From: Candidatus Sericytochromatia bacterium
GTDB taxonomy: Bacteria > Cyanobacteriota > Sericytochromatia > S15B-MN24 > JAQBPE01
Length of the DNA: 64,000 nt
Assembly: GCA_035285125.1 (NCBI GenBank)
Contig: JAYKHR010000026.1
Location: forward strand, 47,837 to 111,836
Direction: 5' to 3'
Part shown: one piece after another, positions 33,178 to 45,257 of the stretch
Layout: each line of letters starts with the position of its first letter
How positions within the stretch are numbered: position 1 is the first letter of the stretch
Program-made: the position numbers and the translations under genes
The notes under the pieces: model-generated
What the model was told of the DNA's origin: nothing
What the model saw: the letters and a program-made list of their open reading frames with translations, nothing else
Database searches by the model: none

Positions 33178-34857
33178 TCAGCGCCCCATCTTGCTCCGAA
33201 GCGCCGCGGCGGGGACGGTGTTGAGGACGTCTGCCGCAGTCAGACCGCCCTTGCGGGCCATCGCCACCCCCCACTGAAGGTCCTCGAGGCCGTCGAGACT
33301 GTGGGCGTCGGGGTTGATGGCGATCGGGATCCCGAGCTCGCGGGCCCGCGCGAGGTGGCGCCAGTCGAGGTCCAGGCGGTGGGGGTTGGCGTTGAGCTCC
33401 ATGGCCTTGCCGTGCGCCACCGCGGCCGCGAACACCGCCTCGAGGTCGAACCCGTAAGGCTCTCGGGCCAGCAGCAGGCGGCCGGAGAGGTGGCCGAGCA
33501 TGGTGAGGCGGGGGTGCGACAGGGCCGTGATCAGGCGTTTCGTCATGGCCTCGGCGTCCTGCCCGAACCGGCTGTGCACGCTGCCGATCACGAAGTCGAA
33601 GGACGCGAGCGTCTCGTCGTCGTAGTCCAGCCTGCCGTCGGCCAGGATGTCCGCCTCGATGCCTGAGAGCACCGTGATGTCGTCGAACTCGGCGTTCAGG
33701 GCCGCGATCTCGGCCTGCTGAGCCCGAATTCGGTCCCTGTCGAGGCCCCTGGCGTAGAAGGCTGCCTCGCTGTGGTCGGAGATGCCGATGTAGCGCCACC
33801 CCAGCTCGCGGGCCCTCAGCACCATCTCGCGCAGCGTTGCCGTGCCGTCTGTCGCCGAGGTGTGCACGTGGAATGCACCTTGCAAGTCGCCCTCCTTGAC
33901 GAGCGCGTCGGCGTCGGGGCCTGCGAGCATCGCGGCCGTTTCCCAGCGCTCGGGGGCCTGCCTCGGCAGCCCGAGCGCCTCGAACAGGGCCTCCTCAGTG
34001 GGGATCTCGACCGGCTGCCCCCCGCGGCGCAGGCCCGCCGCGTCCAGCGACAGCCCGCGACTGGTGGCGCGCTCTGACAGCGCCCCGAGCCACTCCGGGC
34101 TGCCCGTGGTCCACACCAGCCTCGCCCCCCAGGCCTCGGGCGCGCTCTCCTCGAGGCGGATGGGCAGCCCGACCAGCGTCTCTCCCGCCTCGCCCGCCTC
34201 GACGAGGGCCGAGGCCCGCAGCGCGCCCCGGAACTCGGCCGCGGTGGTGCCCGCCACCAGGAGCCTGACCTCTGCGACGGTCTCGCAGCGCCGCCGCAGG
34301 TTCCCCACGAGCGCCACCTTCGCCTGCGGCAGCTGCTCGCTCAGCGCATCCACCAGCCGCGTCGCCGCCGGCAGCACGTCTGCCAGCAGCCGCAGGCCCC
34401 GGTTCCGCTTCCACATTGCGATCGCCGCCCCCAGCTTGGCCTGAGTGGCCGGGCCGAACCCCGAGAGCGTGAGCAGGCGGTTCTCGCCGATGGCATACTC
34501 CAGCTCGCCCACGGAGCCGATGCCCAGCCCGTCACGCAGCGCCCGCACCTTCTTGGTGCCGAGGCCTGGCACCTCCAGCATCTCGCGGACGCCCTCGGGT
34601 GTGGCCGCGCGGAGCGCCTCCAAGGCGGGCAGCTGGCCCGTCCGCACCAGCACGGCGATGTCCTCGAAGAGGCCCTTGCCGATGCCCGGCAGCGCCTTCA
34701 GGGTGCCACGCTCCACCGCCTCGGCCAGCGGCTCCGTGAGGCTCCCGAGCACCTGGGCACCGCGCTGGAAGGCTCGCACCTTGAAGGGGTTCTCGCCAGC
34801 GAGCTCGAGCAGGGTGGCCATCTCCTCGAGGGCCTCGATCACGGTGTCTTTGGTCAT
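33178..34857 (-). CDS. polX: DNA polymerase X/PHP exonuclease with altered polymerase active site
   Basis: GENPFKVRAF, HhH motifs LPGIGK and VPGLGTKK, TGS; PHP motifs HVHT..TDG, SDHS, EADI, SVH, GHL, NPDAH. Confidence 0.9.
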   Translation of the reverse strand: MTKDTVIEALEEMATLLELAGENPFKVRAFQRGAQVLGSLTEPLAEAVERGTLKALPGIGKGLFEDIAVLVRTGQLPALEALRAATPEGVREMLEVPGLGTKKVRALRDGLGIGSVGELEYAIGENRLLTLSGFGPATQAKLGAAIAMWKRNRGLRLLADVLPAATRLVDALSEQLPQAKVALVGNLRRRCETVAEVRLLVAGTTAAEFRGALRASALVEAGEAGETLVGLPIRLEESAPEAWGARLVWTTGSPEWLGALSERATSRGLSLDAAGLRRGGQPVEIPTEEALFEALGLPRQAPERWETAAMLAGPDADALVKEGDLQGAFHVHTSATDGTATLREMVLRARELGWRYIGISDHSEAAFYARGLDRDRIRAQQAEIAALNAEFDDITVLSGIEADILADGRLDYDDETLASFDFVIGSVHSRFGQDAEAMTKRLITALSHPRLTMLGHLSGRLLLAREPYGFDLEAVFAAAVAHGKAMELNANPHRLDLDWRHLARARELGIPIAINPDAHSLDGLEDLQWGVAMARKGGLTAADVLNTVPAAALRSKMGR

Positions 34858-34886
34858 GGGGGTCTCCTCGTCTCAACCGCTGCCCC

Positions 34887-35447
34887 TCAGGGTAGCAAAT
34901 CCGGGGGCTGCCGGAACCCCCGGCCCGCCCGGGCCGTGCGCCAGTCCAGCAGGGTTGCCCGGTGGTTGGCGTAGGCAATCTCGGCCTCGGGGGGCAGCTC
35001 GTCGGGCCTGAAGAAGGCGTGTTCGGTGGACTCCTCGCTGGGACGCCAGCCGCCCCCGACGATCACGGCGGTGTAAGCCAGGCTGAGCGAGTGGTGGCTG
35101 CGGGTCTCGTCCCCCGGCTCGGCATGGTGGTCCACGTAGACGCCCAGCAGGCCCGTCAGGCGCACCTCGAAGCCTGTCTCCTCGAGGGCCTCGCGCCGGG
35201 CCCCCGCCTCCGGGTGCTCGTCGGCCTCCAGAAAGCCGCCGGGAAGGTTCCACAGCCCCTCGTGGGGCGGCTGGCCGCGGCGGACGAGCAGCACCCGCCC
35301 GGTGGCATCCTCCACCACGGCTGTGGCGCAGGGCTTTGCGCAGTCGTACCAGACCCGACCGCAGGCTGCGCAGCGGTCTCTGGGCCGGCCCTCCAGGTGA
35401 GCCACCCGGGTGGGGGCCCCGCATCGGGGGCAGTGGGGGTGTCGCAC
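34887..35447 (-). CDS. NUDIX hydrolase with N-terminal zinc ribbon
   Basis: CPRCG...CAACG, Nudix box GGFLEADEHPEAGARREALEETG; start uncertain. Confidence 0.9.
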   Translation of the reverse strand: MRHPHCPRCGAPTRVAHLEGRPRDRCAACGRVWYDCAKPCATAVVEDATGRVLLVRRGQPPHEGLWNLPGGFLEADEHPEAGARREALEETGFEVRLTGLLGVYVDHHAEPGDETRSHHSLSLAYTAVIVGGGWRPSEESTEHAFFRPDELPPEAEIAYANHRATLLDWRTARAGRGFRQPPDLLP

Positions 35448-35561
35448 CCAGGCAGCATACCCCGATGACCCGTGCCTGGCTCGCTGGCTGTGCCTTCTGC
35501 CCCTGGGGTACAATGAAGCGCCGCCTTAGCCCTTTATCGCAGCCTGAGCCAGGACCCGACC

Positions 35562-37037
35562 ATGCAGCTTCACTTCGAGCCCGTGCCCCTCGCCCAGCTG
35601 CACGCGGAGGCACTGCTGCTGCCTCTCATGCCCGCGGAGGTCGCGCCCACGGGCTTCGGCGCGGAGCTGGACGCGGCGATCGCCCACGCCTGGCGCGACG
35701 AAGCCTTCGCGGGCAAGGACGAGGACGTGCTGGCGATGTACCCGGTCGCGGGCCTGGCCGCCCGCCGGGTCGTGCTGCTGGGCCTCGGGGCGGCCCCCCT
35801 GACGGCGGAGGCCTGGCGTCGCGCCGTGGCGCTCGGCGTCGGCGAGGTGGCGGGCAAGGTCTCGCGGCTTGCCATCGCCCTGCCCCCCGGGCTGGAATCC
35901 GCCGTGGCCGCCTCTGCCGCGGCTGAGGCGGCTGCGCTGACGGCTTACGACGGCCGCCTGTACCAGACGCAGCCGAAGGCTGGTGAGAAGTCGCTGGAAG
36001 CCCTTGTCCTGCCGGTGCCGGCCGATTCGGAGGCTGCCCGGGCGGCGGCGAAGGGGCGCTCGCTGGCGGCGATCGTGAACCGGGTGCGCGACCTGTCGAA
36101 CATGCCCGGCAACAAGCTGACGGTGCCCGGGCTGCGGGACGCGGCGCTCGACCTGGCCCGGCGCACGGGCATGACCCACCGCGTGTACGAGCAGGCCGAG
36201 CTCGAGGCCATGGGCTTCGGCTGCCTCGTGGGCGTCGGGCAGGGCAGCCAGTATGGCCCCTGCTTCGTGGTGCTCGAGTACCACGGGCATCCCGACAGGA
36301 CGGCCGCCCCGATCGTCCTGGCCGGGAAAGGCATCACCTTCGACACCGGCGGCATCTGCATCAAGCCCCGGGCTGGCATGGAGGAGATGAAGACCGACAT
36401 GCACGGGGCCGCCACCGTCCTCGGGGTGCTCGAGGCGGCCCACGACAGGGGCCTGCCCGTGAACCTCGTGGCGTTGCTGCCCATCGCCGAGAACATGCCC
36501 AGCGGCCGGGCCCTGAAGCCTGGCGACCTGCTGACGGCCTACAACGGGCTCGTGGTCGAGGCCGTCGACACGGATGCCGAGGGCCGGCTGATCCTGGCGG
36601 ATGCTCTGGCCTATGGCGCCAAGCACTACAGCGCGCGGCTCACGATCGACGTGGCCACGCTGACCGGCTCCATCATCATGGCCCTGGGCTACGAGGCTTC
36701 GGGCCTCTTCAGCACCTGCGACGACCTCGCGGCCCGGCTGACGGCCTCTGGCGAGGCGACGGGCGAGCGCCTCTGGCGGTTCCCCATCTGGGACGCCTAC
36801 GACTACCACATCCAGAGCGACATTGCCGACATGCGCAACGTCCACACGGGCAAGGGTGACGCGATCACCGGGGCCGTCTTCCTCAAGCGCTTTGCCGGCT
36901 CCGCCCCGTGGGCGCACCTCGACATCGCCGGTCCGTCCTACCTGGCTGACGCCCGCGGCTACAACCCGAAGGGCTCGACGGGGTCGGGCGTCCGGTTGCT
37001 GCTGCACTGGCTCGAGGCCGAGGTCGCGCGCGCCTGA
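35562..37037 (+). CDS. pepA: leucyl aminopeptidase (M17)
   Basis: GKGITFDTGG, MKTDMHGAA, ENMPSG, DTDAEGRLILADAL, WAHLDIAG. Confidence 0.95.
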   Translation: MQLHFEPVPLAQLHAEALLLPLMPAEVAPTGFGAELDAAIAHAWRDEAFAGKDEDVLAMYPVAGLAARRVVLLGLGAAPLTAEAWRRAVALGVGEVAGKVSRLAIALPPGLESAVAASAAAEAAALTAYDGRLYQTQPKAGEKSLEALVLPVPADSEAARAAAKGRSLAAIVNRVRDLSNMPGNKLTVPGLRDAALDLARRTGMTHRVYEQAELEAMGFGCLVGVGQGSQYGPCFVVLEYHGHPDRTAAPIVLAGKGITFDTGGICIKPRAGMEEMKTDMHGAATVLGVLEAAHDRGLPVNLVALLPIAENMPSGRALKPGDLLTAYNGLVVEAVDTDAEGRLILADALAYGAKHYSARLTIDVATLTGSIIMALGYEASGLFSTCDDLAARLTASGEATGERLWRFPIWDAYDYHIQSDIADMRNVHTGKGDAITGAVFLKRFAGSAPWAHLDIAGPSYLADARGYNPKGSTGSGVRLLLHWLEAEVARA

Positions 37038-37114
37038 TGCGCCCAGGGGGCGCCCTTGCGTGGCGCCTCCGCCTGCCCCTGGCAGGGCGCTGCTTGACGG
37101 ACGGATCTGCCTTC

Positions 37115-37151
37115 AAACAAACAGCCCCCCCTGCGGTCGCAGGGGGGCTGT
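37115..37151 (-). terminator. intrinsic terminator for clpC
   Basis: ACAGCCCCCC..TGCG/CGCAGGGGGGCTGT stem followed on the minus strand by TTGTTT. Confidence 0.7.
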
Positions 37152-37162
37152 CTGAACAGCGA

Positions 37163-39622
<2,460 letters not shown>

Positions 39623-39762
39623 GGTGAACCCCCTTCTGCCAGGGATGGACGGGGACCAGACCGGGTTGGTGGAGAGGACGAGGCGAGGACGCCTGACCAG
39701 GTTGACCGTGGCGGGGCTTCAGGTGCCGTTCTTGGTACCTTTTGCCCCGAGAACCCGCCGGG

Positions 39763-39771
39763 ATTTTAGCA
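39763..39771 (-). promoter_or_regulatory. extended -10 element upstream of clpC
   Basis: TGCTAAAAT about 140 nt upstream of the clpC start. Confidence 0.45.
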
Positions 39772-39920
39772 CACCGGGATCTTTGGTTTGCGGACCTTGG
39801 TCACAACACGGGTTGGGGGGAACGTCGTTGGCCCCGGCCAGGGTTCAGGAATCACTGCCCTTGGTGGAGGGGGCGCAAGGCGGGGCCACCTTACCATGGC
39901 ATTTACCCATTTGCCAGGAC

Positions 39921-40325
39921 TTATCTGTGGCCTTCGTCGTCCGTGGCAGACTCTCGAATCTTCCGCTTGATGGCCTTGATGTCCTGCTCGCGGGCGTTCT
40001 TGATCTCAGCGAGCTCGTTGAGCCGGGCCTCGATGAGCTGTAGCTCCCGCTCCTTGAAGCTCTTGAGGTCTTCGAGCTCGTTCTGGAGGCGGATGATCTT
40101 CTCGACGCCGGCCAGGTTGATGCCGAGCTCTTGGGTCAGCTGCTGGATGTACTGCAGGCGCTCGATGTCGTGCTGCGAGTAGAGTCGGTTCTTGCCCTGC
40201 CGCTTGGGCGCCACGAGGCCGCGCCGCTCGTAGAGCCGGAGGGTCTGGGGGTGCATGTTCACCAGGTCGGCCGCCACGCTGATGATGTAAAGAGGGCGGT
40301 CGTTGGGATGATGGTAGTCGGTCAT
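39921..40325 (-). CDS. hspR: MerR-family heat-shock repressor, HspR-like
   Basis: [34 protein letters not shown]...[19 protein letters not shown]. Confidence 0.88.
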   Translation of the reverse strand: MTDYHHPNDRPLYIISVAADLVNMHPQTLRLYERRGLVAPKRQGKNRLYSQHDIERLQYIQQLTQELGINLAGVEKIIRLQNELEDLKSFKERELQLIEARLNELAEIKNAREQDIKAIKRKIRESATDDEGHR

Positions 40326-40459
40326 GGGACCTCCTGCTCCGTGAGACCCAGGGGCCGTGCCTGCACGGTCGCGCCGGGACGAGGACGTGGCGCGGGCCTG
40401 AACGGACGTCGGTGGCGCGAGTCGGACGCCAGCCGCAAGCGTCGACACGTGTTAGTGGA

Positions 40460-40514
40460 CTTGATACGGCTCGTGTCAATCAACAATGCTATGGGCGCCC
40501 CAAGCCCTTGTCAA
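40460..40514 (-). promoter_or_regulatory. hspR promoter with HAIR-like operator at the start site
   Basis: TTGACA(40514-40509)-17nt-TAGCAT(40491-40486); ATTGACA-N7-TATCAAG inverted repeat at 40460-40480. Confidence 0.75.
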
Positions 40515-40682
40515 TCAGGGTTCCGGGAGGCCTGGCACGCCGGCGAGGCGCCCGCGGAACGTCAGTGGCGGGGTGTTGGGCCCCGTGGTAGGATCGGGCG
40601 TCTGCCCGGCGATGCCTGCAACGCAGCACGCAAGCCGGCCTTGGCTCGGGCCGTCGCCCGAGGGTTGAGAGGGTTGTTACCA

Positions 40683-41810
40683 ATGAGCGCGAACGTGGCA
40701 GTCAACAAGGGCCTCGAGGACGTGGTGGTCAGCACCTCGTCCATCTGCTCGATCATCGACGACATGCTGACCTACGGGGGGTACAGCATCGACGAACTGA
40801 CGGAGCAGGCCATTTGCTTCGAAGAAATCGTCTGGTTGCTTTGGCACGGCAACCTTCCCAGTCAGGCCCAGCTTGACGGGCTGAAGGCCGAGATCGCCGC
40901 CGGCGCAGCTCTGCCCCAGCAAGTCTTGGCCCTGCTGCGCACCTTCCCGAAGGACGCCAACCCGATGGATGTCCTGCGCACGGCCGTCTCGGCCCTGGGC
41001 CTCTACGACCCAGCCGCCGGCGACGACTCGGCCGCCTCGAACTTGGCCAAGGCCACCAGGCTTCAGGGCCAGTTGCCCACCCTCGTGGCGGCGTGGGAGC
41101 GGATCCGCAATGGCCAGGAGCCGCTGGCGCCGAAGGCGGGCGTCACGCTGGCCCACAACTTCCTTTACATGATGTTTGGAACCGATCCGGACGCGGTGTC
41201 GGTGAAGGCCATGGAGAAGGCGCTGATTCTCCATGCTGACCACGAGTTCAACGCCTCCACCTTCTGCGCCCGCCAGACGGCCTCGACGCTGTCCGACATG
41301 CACTCGTGCATCACCTCGGCGATCGGCACCCTCAAGGGGCCGCTCCACGGCGGCGCGAACACCGCCGTCATGAAGATGCTCGCCGAGATCGGCACGGCAG
41401 AGAACGCGGAGCCCTGGATCCTCGACGCGCTCGAGAAGAAGAAGAAGATCATGGGCTTCGGTCACCGGGTCTACGAGAACGGCGATCCGCGGGCCAAGCA
41501 CCTCCGCCGGATGTCCGAGGAACTCGGCCGCATCAAGGGCGACATGACCTGGTACGAGATGTCGATCAAGGTCGACGAGGTTGTCAAGCGCGAGAAGGGC
41601 CTCCTGACGAACGTCGATTTCTACTCGGCGTCCACTTACCACTACATGGGCATCCCGGGCGACCAGTTCACACCGATCTTTGCCGTGAGCCGGCTCTCTG
41701 GTTGGGCCGCGCATGTGATGGAGCAGCTGGCCAACAACCGGCTGATTCGGCCTCGCGCCGAGTACATCGGCCCTGGCGCCCGCACCTACGTGCCCATCGC
41801 GGCGCGCTGA
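40683..41810 (+). CDS. citrate synthase (short citZ/prpC type)
   Basis: KGLEDVV, HADHEFNASTF, GPLHGGAN, MGFGHRVY, NVDFYS, RLIRPR. Confidence 0.95.
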   Translation: MSANVAVNKGLEDVVVSTSSICSIIDDMLTYGGYSIDELTEQAICFEEIVWLLWHGNLPSQAQLDGLKAEIAAGAALPQQVLALLRTFPKDANPMDVLRTAVSALGLYDPAAGDDSAASNLAKATRLQGQLPTLVAAWERIRNGQEPLAPKAGVTLAHNFLYMMFGTDPDAVSVKAMEKALILHADHEFNASTFCARQTASTLSDMHSCITSAIGTLKGPLHGGANTAVMKMLAEIGTAENAEPWILDALEKKKKIMGFGHRVYENGDPRAKHLRRMSEELGRIKGDMTWYEMSIKVDEVVKREKGLLTNVDFYSASTYHYMGIPGDQFTPIFAVSRLSGWAAHVMEQLANNRLIRPRAEYIGPGARTYVPIAAR

Positions 41811-41823
41811 CCCGCGCTGGGTC

Positions 41824-41858
41824 GCGGGGCCACCCATCGGGTGGCCCCGCTCTTGTTT
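41824..41858 (+). terminator. intrinsic terminator
   Basis: GCGGGGCCACC/GGTGGCCCCGC stem followed by TCTTGTTT. Confidence 0.7.
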
Positions 41859-41967
41859 GCGGCCCTCTCTTGACGCCCAATTGACGCAAAGTTAATGAGA
41901 CCTTAACCGGGGCGGTCCCGGCCGGCGCTATAAGATGAATGGGACCGTTGCCCGTCCCGTGAGGTCT

Positions 41968-43107
41968 ATGCGTCGGCAGTCGAGCCAACCGATCTTGAAC
42001 GCCCTCGTCGCCCTGGGGGTGGGGCTGTCGGCCACCCTGACGGGGTGCGGCAGGGACAGCTTCACGGGGCCTCCCGGCGTCACGCCTGGGGTCGACGTCG
42101 TGCGTCGGGGCCCTGGTGGCGTGACGCGCTTCATGGCCCGCAACCTGCTCTACCGGCTCGATAAGCGGGTGTCGATGTTCCTCGTCGAGATGAACGCCGA
42201 CATCCTGCTCAAAGACCCTTCGTTGCCCTTCATCCCGGCAAACAAGAGCGACTACAAGCTGCTAATTCACCGCGCCGTCGTCGAGAAGGGGGCGGGAGAT
42301 TTGGAGCACCTGATGAACACCTACGTGTTCAACGACGCGGACTCGCCCCTCAAGGACCTCAAGATGAGTTTCCGCGGTGACCGCCTGGTGATGGCTGGCA
42401 AGATGAAGAAGGGCGTCTGGGTCGGCTTCGAGATGGAGGGCACGCTCGAGCCCACGCCCGATGGGCGGCTCAGGCTGGTGCCGAAGGTGATCAAGTCTCT
42501 CGGCCTGCGCGTGGATGGCTTGCTGTCCCTCTTCGGGTTGGAGATGGCTAAGCTTCTCAAGATGCGGGAGGAGAAGGGCCTCGTGCTGCAGGGCAATGAC
42601 ATCTTGATGGACATCAGCAAGCTCTATCCGGCGCCGACGCTGTTGGCGCGGGTAACGGCCGTGGCGATCCGCAACAACGCGATGCACATCGAGATGGACG
42701 ATGGCAAGGCGCGTCCTTGGCCCGAGGATCTGCCCGTGCCCCAGGCGCGGTCCTGTCTGCTGATGTGGGGCGGCGACGTGCTGATCAACTCCGTCTTGAA
42801 CCTCAACGCCAAGATGCAGGTGCTCGACGCCTCGCAGAACACGCCGCAGGTCTTCGCGCTCGACCGCTACCGGGAGCAGCTCGAGGCCGGCACAGTGACG
42901 CCGACGCGGCAGGGGCACTTGATTGCGTACGTGCCGGACGTGCTCGATTACGACGGCGACATGGGGCGGTTCAACCCTGCGCTCGGCGTCAAGGAAGGCC
43001 CTGCGGACATTCTGCCGGGGTCCGGGGGCCCTCGCTATACGGGGCCCACCGCCCCGGCCCCGGCCGCCGGTGACGAGCGTCAGGCGCTGTCGCTGGGGCT
43101 GCGTTGA
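41968..43107 (+). CDS. lipoprotein, possible LmeA/DUF2993-like lipid-binding fold
   Basis: GAGGT RBS, LTGC lipobox, long beta-rich segments; fold assignment tentative. Confidence 0.6.
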   Translation: MRRQSSQPILNALVALGVGLSATLTGCGRDSFTGPPGVTPGVDVVRRGPGGVTRFMARNLLYRLDKRVSMFLVEMNADILLKDPSLPFIPANKSDYKLLIHRAVVEKGAGDLEHLMNTYVFNDADSPLKDLKMSFRGDRLVMAGKMKKGVWVGFEMEGTLEPTPDGRLRLVPKVIKSLGLRVDGLLSLFGLEMAKLLKMREEKGLVLQGNDILMDISKLYPAPTLLARVTAVAIRNNAMHIEMDDGKARPWPEDLPVPQARSCLLMWGGDVLINSVLNLNAKMQVLDASQNTPQVFALDRYREQLEAGTVTPTRQGHLIAYVPDVLDYDGDMGRFNPALGVKEGPADILPGSGGPRYTGPTAPAPAAGDERQALSLGLR

Positions 43108-43110
43108 GCC

Positions 43111-43144
43111 AAAAAAAAGGGGAAGGCATGCAGCCACCCCTCTG
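43111..43144 (-). terminator. intrinsic terminator of the glycan operon
   Basis: Imperfect stem AGAGGGTGGC/GCCTTCCCCT followed by a run of T on the minus strand. Confidence 0.6.
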
Positions 43145-43156
43145 GTGAATACCATG

Positions 43157-44665
43157 TTACCCCTTTGCCGCGCCCGATGTTGTGACGGTCGTCACGCGAC
43201 GGCTCCAGCCGTTTCGCAGGGTCGCGACGACGCGGGCCCGTGCGCCTGGCGACATCACGGGCGTGGCGGCGACCAGGGTCACGTAGGTCACCCCCCCGAC
43301 GCAGGCTCCGGCCAGCAGGCCGGGCCAGGGCGGCAGGGCGGTGACCGGCCCCGCGGCCACGCCCCCCGCCGTGGTTGCGGCCAGGGCCGTCCAGGCCAGC
43401 CTGCCGGCGTCCGGCCAGCACCCGGCCTGGCTGCGCCGGACAAGCCACACGCCCAGCAGGAGGCAGGCGGCCTGGGCTCCTACTGTCGCGAGGGCCGCCT
43501 GCAGCGCCCCACCGCCCGGCACGAGCCAGGCCACCAGCCCGAGGTACACCCCTGCGCCCACCAGGCCCGCGCGTTGCAGCGCCACCTGGCGATCCAGGGC
43601 GTACAGCAGGCTGCTCGCCGGGTAGCCCAGCACCGATGCCCCCGCGCCCCCGACCAGCAGCACCGCCAGCGTCGGGGCCATCGGGGCGTAGCCGTCGCCG
43701 AACAGCAGCACCGTGAGGGGCTTGGCGCAGGCCGCGCCGATGGCCCCCAGCGGCAGGGCCAGCAGGGCCAGCCAGCGGCCTGTGCGCAGGTACATGGTGC
43801 CGAGGGCCGCGTGGTCACCGGCCCCTCGGCTGCGGGCCATTGCCGGCAACAACACCCCCACGAGGGCCCCGGGGCCCGTGCGCATCGCCATCTGGGCGAG
43901 GGCGAAGGCCAGGGCGTAGTAGCCGACCTCGGCCGGGGAAGCCCAGTGCTCCAGCACCAGCACCCCGGACCGCTGCCACACCACCGCGTCCACCAGCACG
44001 ATCACGGCGAGCGAGCCGCCGAAGCGGCCCAGCGCCTTGGCCTGCTCGGCCGACAGCTTGGCGCGCCACCAGCCGGGACGCTGGGCGCTCAAGGCCACGA
44101 GCAGGGGAACGCACGTGACAGCCTGGGCAAGGCCCTGGGTCAGCAGCACCCCTGACACGCCCAGGCCAGCTCCCGCCGTGGCGGCAAGGCCACCCACCTG
44201 CACCACCAGGCCTGCCGCTGCCGCCCGGGCCACGGCGCCGTGTAGCTGTAGCCCCTGGCACGCTCCCACGAGCCACATCCCCAGCGTGGCCGGCGCGAGG
44301 GTCCCGGCCGCCAGCAGCCACGTGCCCTGAGGCACGGGCATCGGCAGGCAGCCTCCGGCCAGCAGCCAGGCGGCCAGCACCCAGGCCAGGCGGCGGCCCC
44401 ACCGCGCCAGCCCGTGGGCCAGCACGCCGCTGGCCTCCGCGGTGGCGTGCCGCCCGGCTGCCTCCGCCAGGTGCTTGGTCGTGGTGGTGATGCCACCCAG
44501 GTGGACCGCGATCGCGGCAAGCGCCAGCAGCCACGTCAGCCAGCTGTAGGCGCCCATCCCGCCGGGGCCCAGCAGGCGCGCGGCAACGACGGTCACCAGC
44601 AGGGCATTGCCGGCATTGAGGGCGACGGCGATCGCGTTGTGGCGGGCGTGGTGGGCAAGGGACAT
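43157..44665 (-). CDS. oligosaccharide flippase (Wzx/MOP family)
   Basis: ARLLGPGGMGAY, EVGYYALAF, LLPAMAR, LLFGDGY; many TM helices. Confidence 0.85.
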   Translation of the reverse strand: MSLAHHARHNAIAVALNAGNALLVTVVAARLLGPGGMGAYSWLTWLLALAAIAVHLGGITTTTKHLAEAAGRHATAEASGVLAHGLARWGRRLAWVLAAWLLAGGCLPMPVPQGTWLLAAGTLAPATLGMWLVGACQGLQLHGAVARAAAAGLVVQVGGLAATAGAGLGVSGVLLTQGLAQAVTCVPLLVALSAQRPGWWRAKLSAEQAKALGRFGGSLAVIVLVDAVVWQRSGVLVLEHWASPAEVGYYALAFALAQMAMRTGPGALVGVLLPAMARSRGAGDHAALGTMYLRTGRWLALLALPLGAIGAACAKPLTVLLFGDGYAPMAPTLAVLLVGGAGASVLGYPASSLLYALDRQVALQRAGLVGAGVYLGLVAWLVPGGGALQAALATVGAQAACLLLGVWLVRRSQAGCWPDAGRLAWTALAATTAGGVAAGPVTALPPWPGLLAGACVGGVTYVTLVAATPVMSPGARARVVATLRNGWSRRVTTVTTSGAAKG

Positions 44666-44675
44666 GGGCTGGGCC

Positions 44676-45257
44676 TCACCCGCCCGCCGGGAGCGTTCGC
44701 AACAGCCGAGCGGGCACGCCCGCCACCAGGCTCCCTGGCGGAAACGATCGCGTGACCACCGCACCGGCCGCTGCCACGCAGCCTGCGCCCAGCGTCACGC
44801 CCTTGACCACCGTGACGTGGGCCCCGAGCCAGACGTTGGACCCCAGCCGCACGGGGGCGACGGCGTGCCCCTGGGTGGCATACGGCAGGTCCCAGCGGGT
44901 GATGGCATGGTCATGGTCCCGGATCGAGACGCCCTCGGCGATCAGGCAGTCGTCCCCGACCTCGAGGTCACCAAGGGTGCTCAGCGTGCTCCACGGCCCG
45001 AGGTGGACCCGGGCACCGAGGCAGAGCCTCGCGCCCCCGTCGACCTTGAGCTCCACCCCGCGACGCAGGTGGCAGCCTGCCCCCACCCGGACCTCCGCCC
45101 CTGGCGCCAGGCGCCACAGGATCCCTGGCTCGAGGCGACAGCCTGGCCCCAGTTGCAGCGCCGGGTGGCGAGCCAGCAGCCATCGGCGGCGCAGCGCGCC
45201 CTCGGCGACCCCCAGCAGGGCCGCGATCCGCGCGAGCGAGGTGGCGCCGGGGCTCAC
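44676..45257 (-). CDS. hexapeptide-repeat (LbH) O-acyltransferase
   Basis: VGDDCLIAEGVSIRDHDH, LGSNVWLGAHVTVVKGVTLG, GVPAR; GTG overlaps the GT stop. Confidence 0.88.
   Translation of the reverse strand: MSPGATSLARIAALLGVAEGALRRRWLLARHPALQLGPGCRLEPGILWRLAPGAEVRVGAGCHLRRGVELKVDGGARLCLGARVHLGPWSTLSTLGDLEVGDDCLIAEGVSIRDHDHAITRWDLPYATQGHAVAPVRLGSNVWLGAHVTVVKGVTLGAGCVAAAGAVVTRSFPPGSLVAGVPARLLRTLPAGG

Noticed and set aside
39766..39792. CIRCE element upstream of clpC
   Set aside because: Only a TTAGCAC half-site with no matching second arm; better explained as an extended -10 on the minus strand
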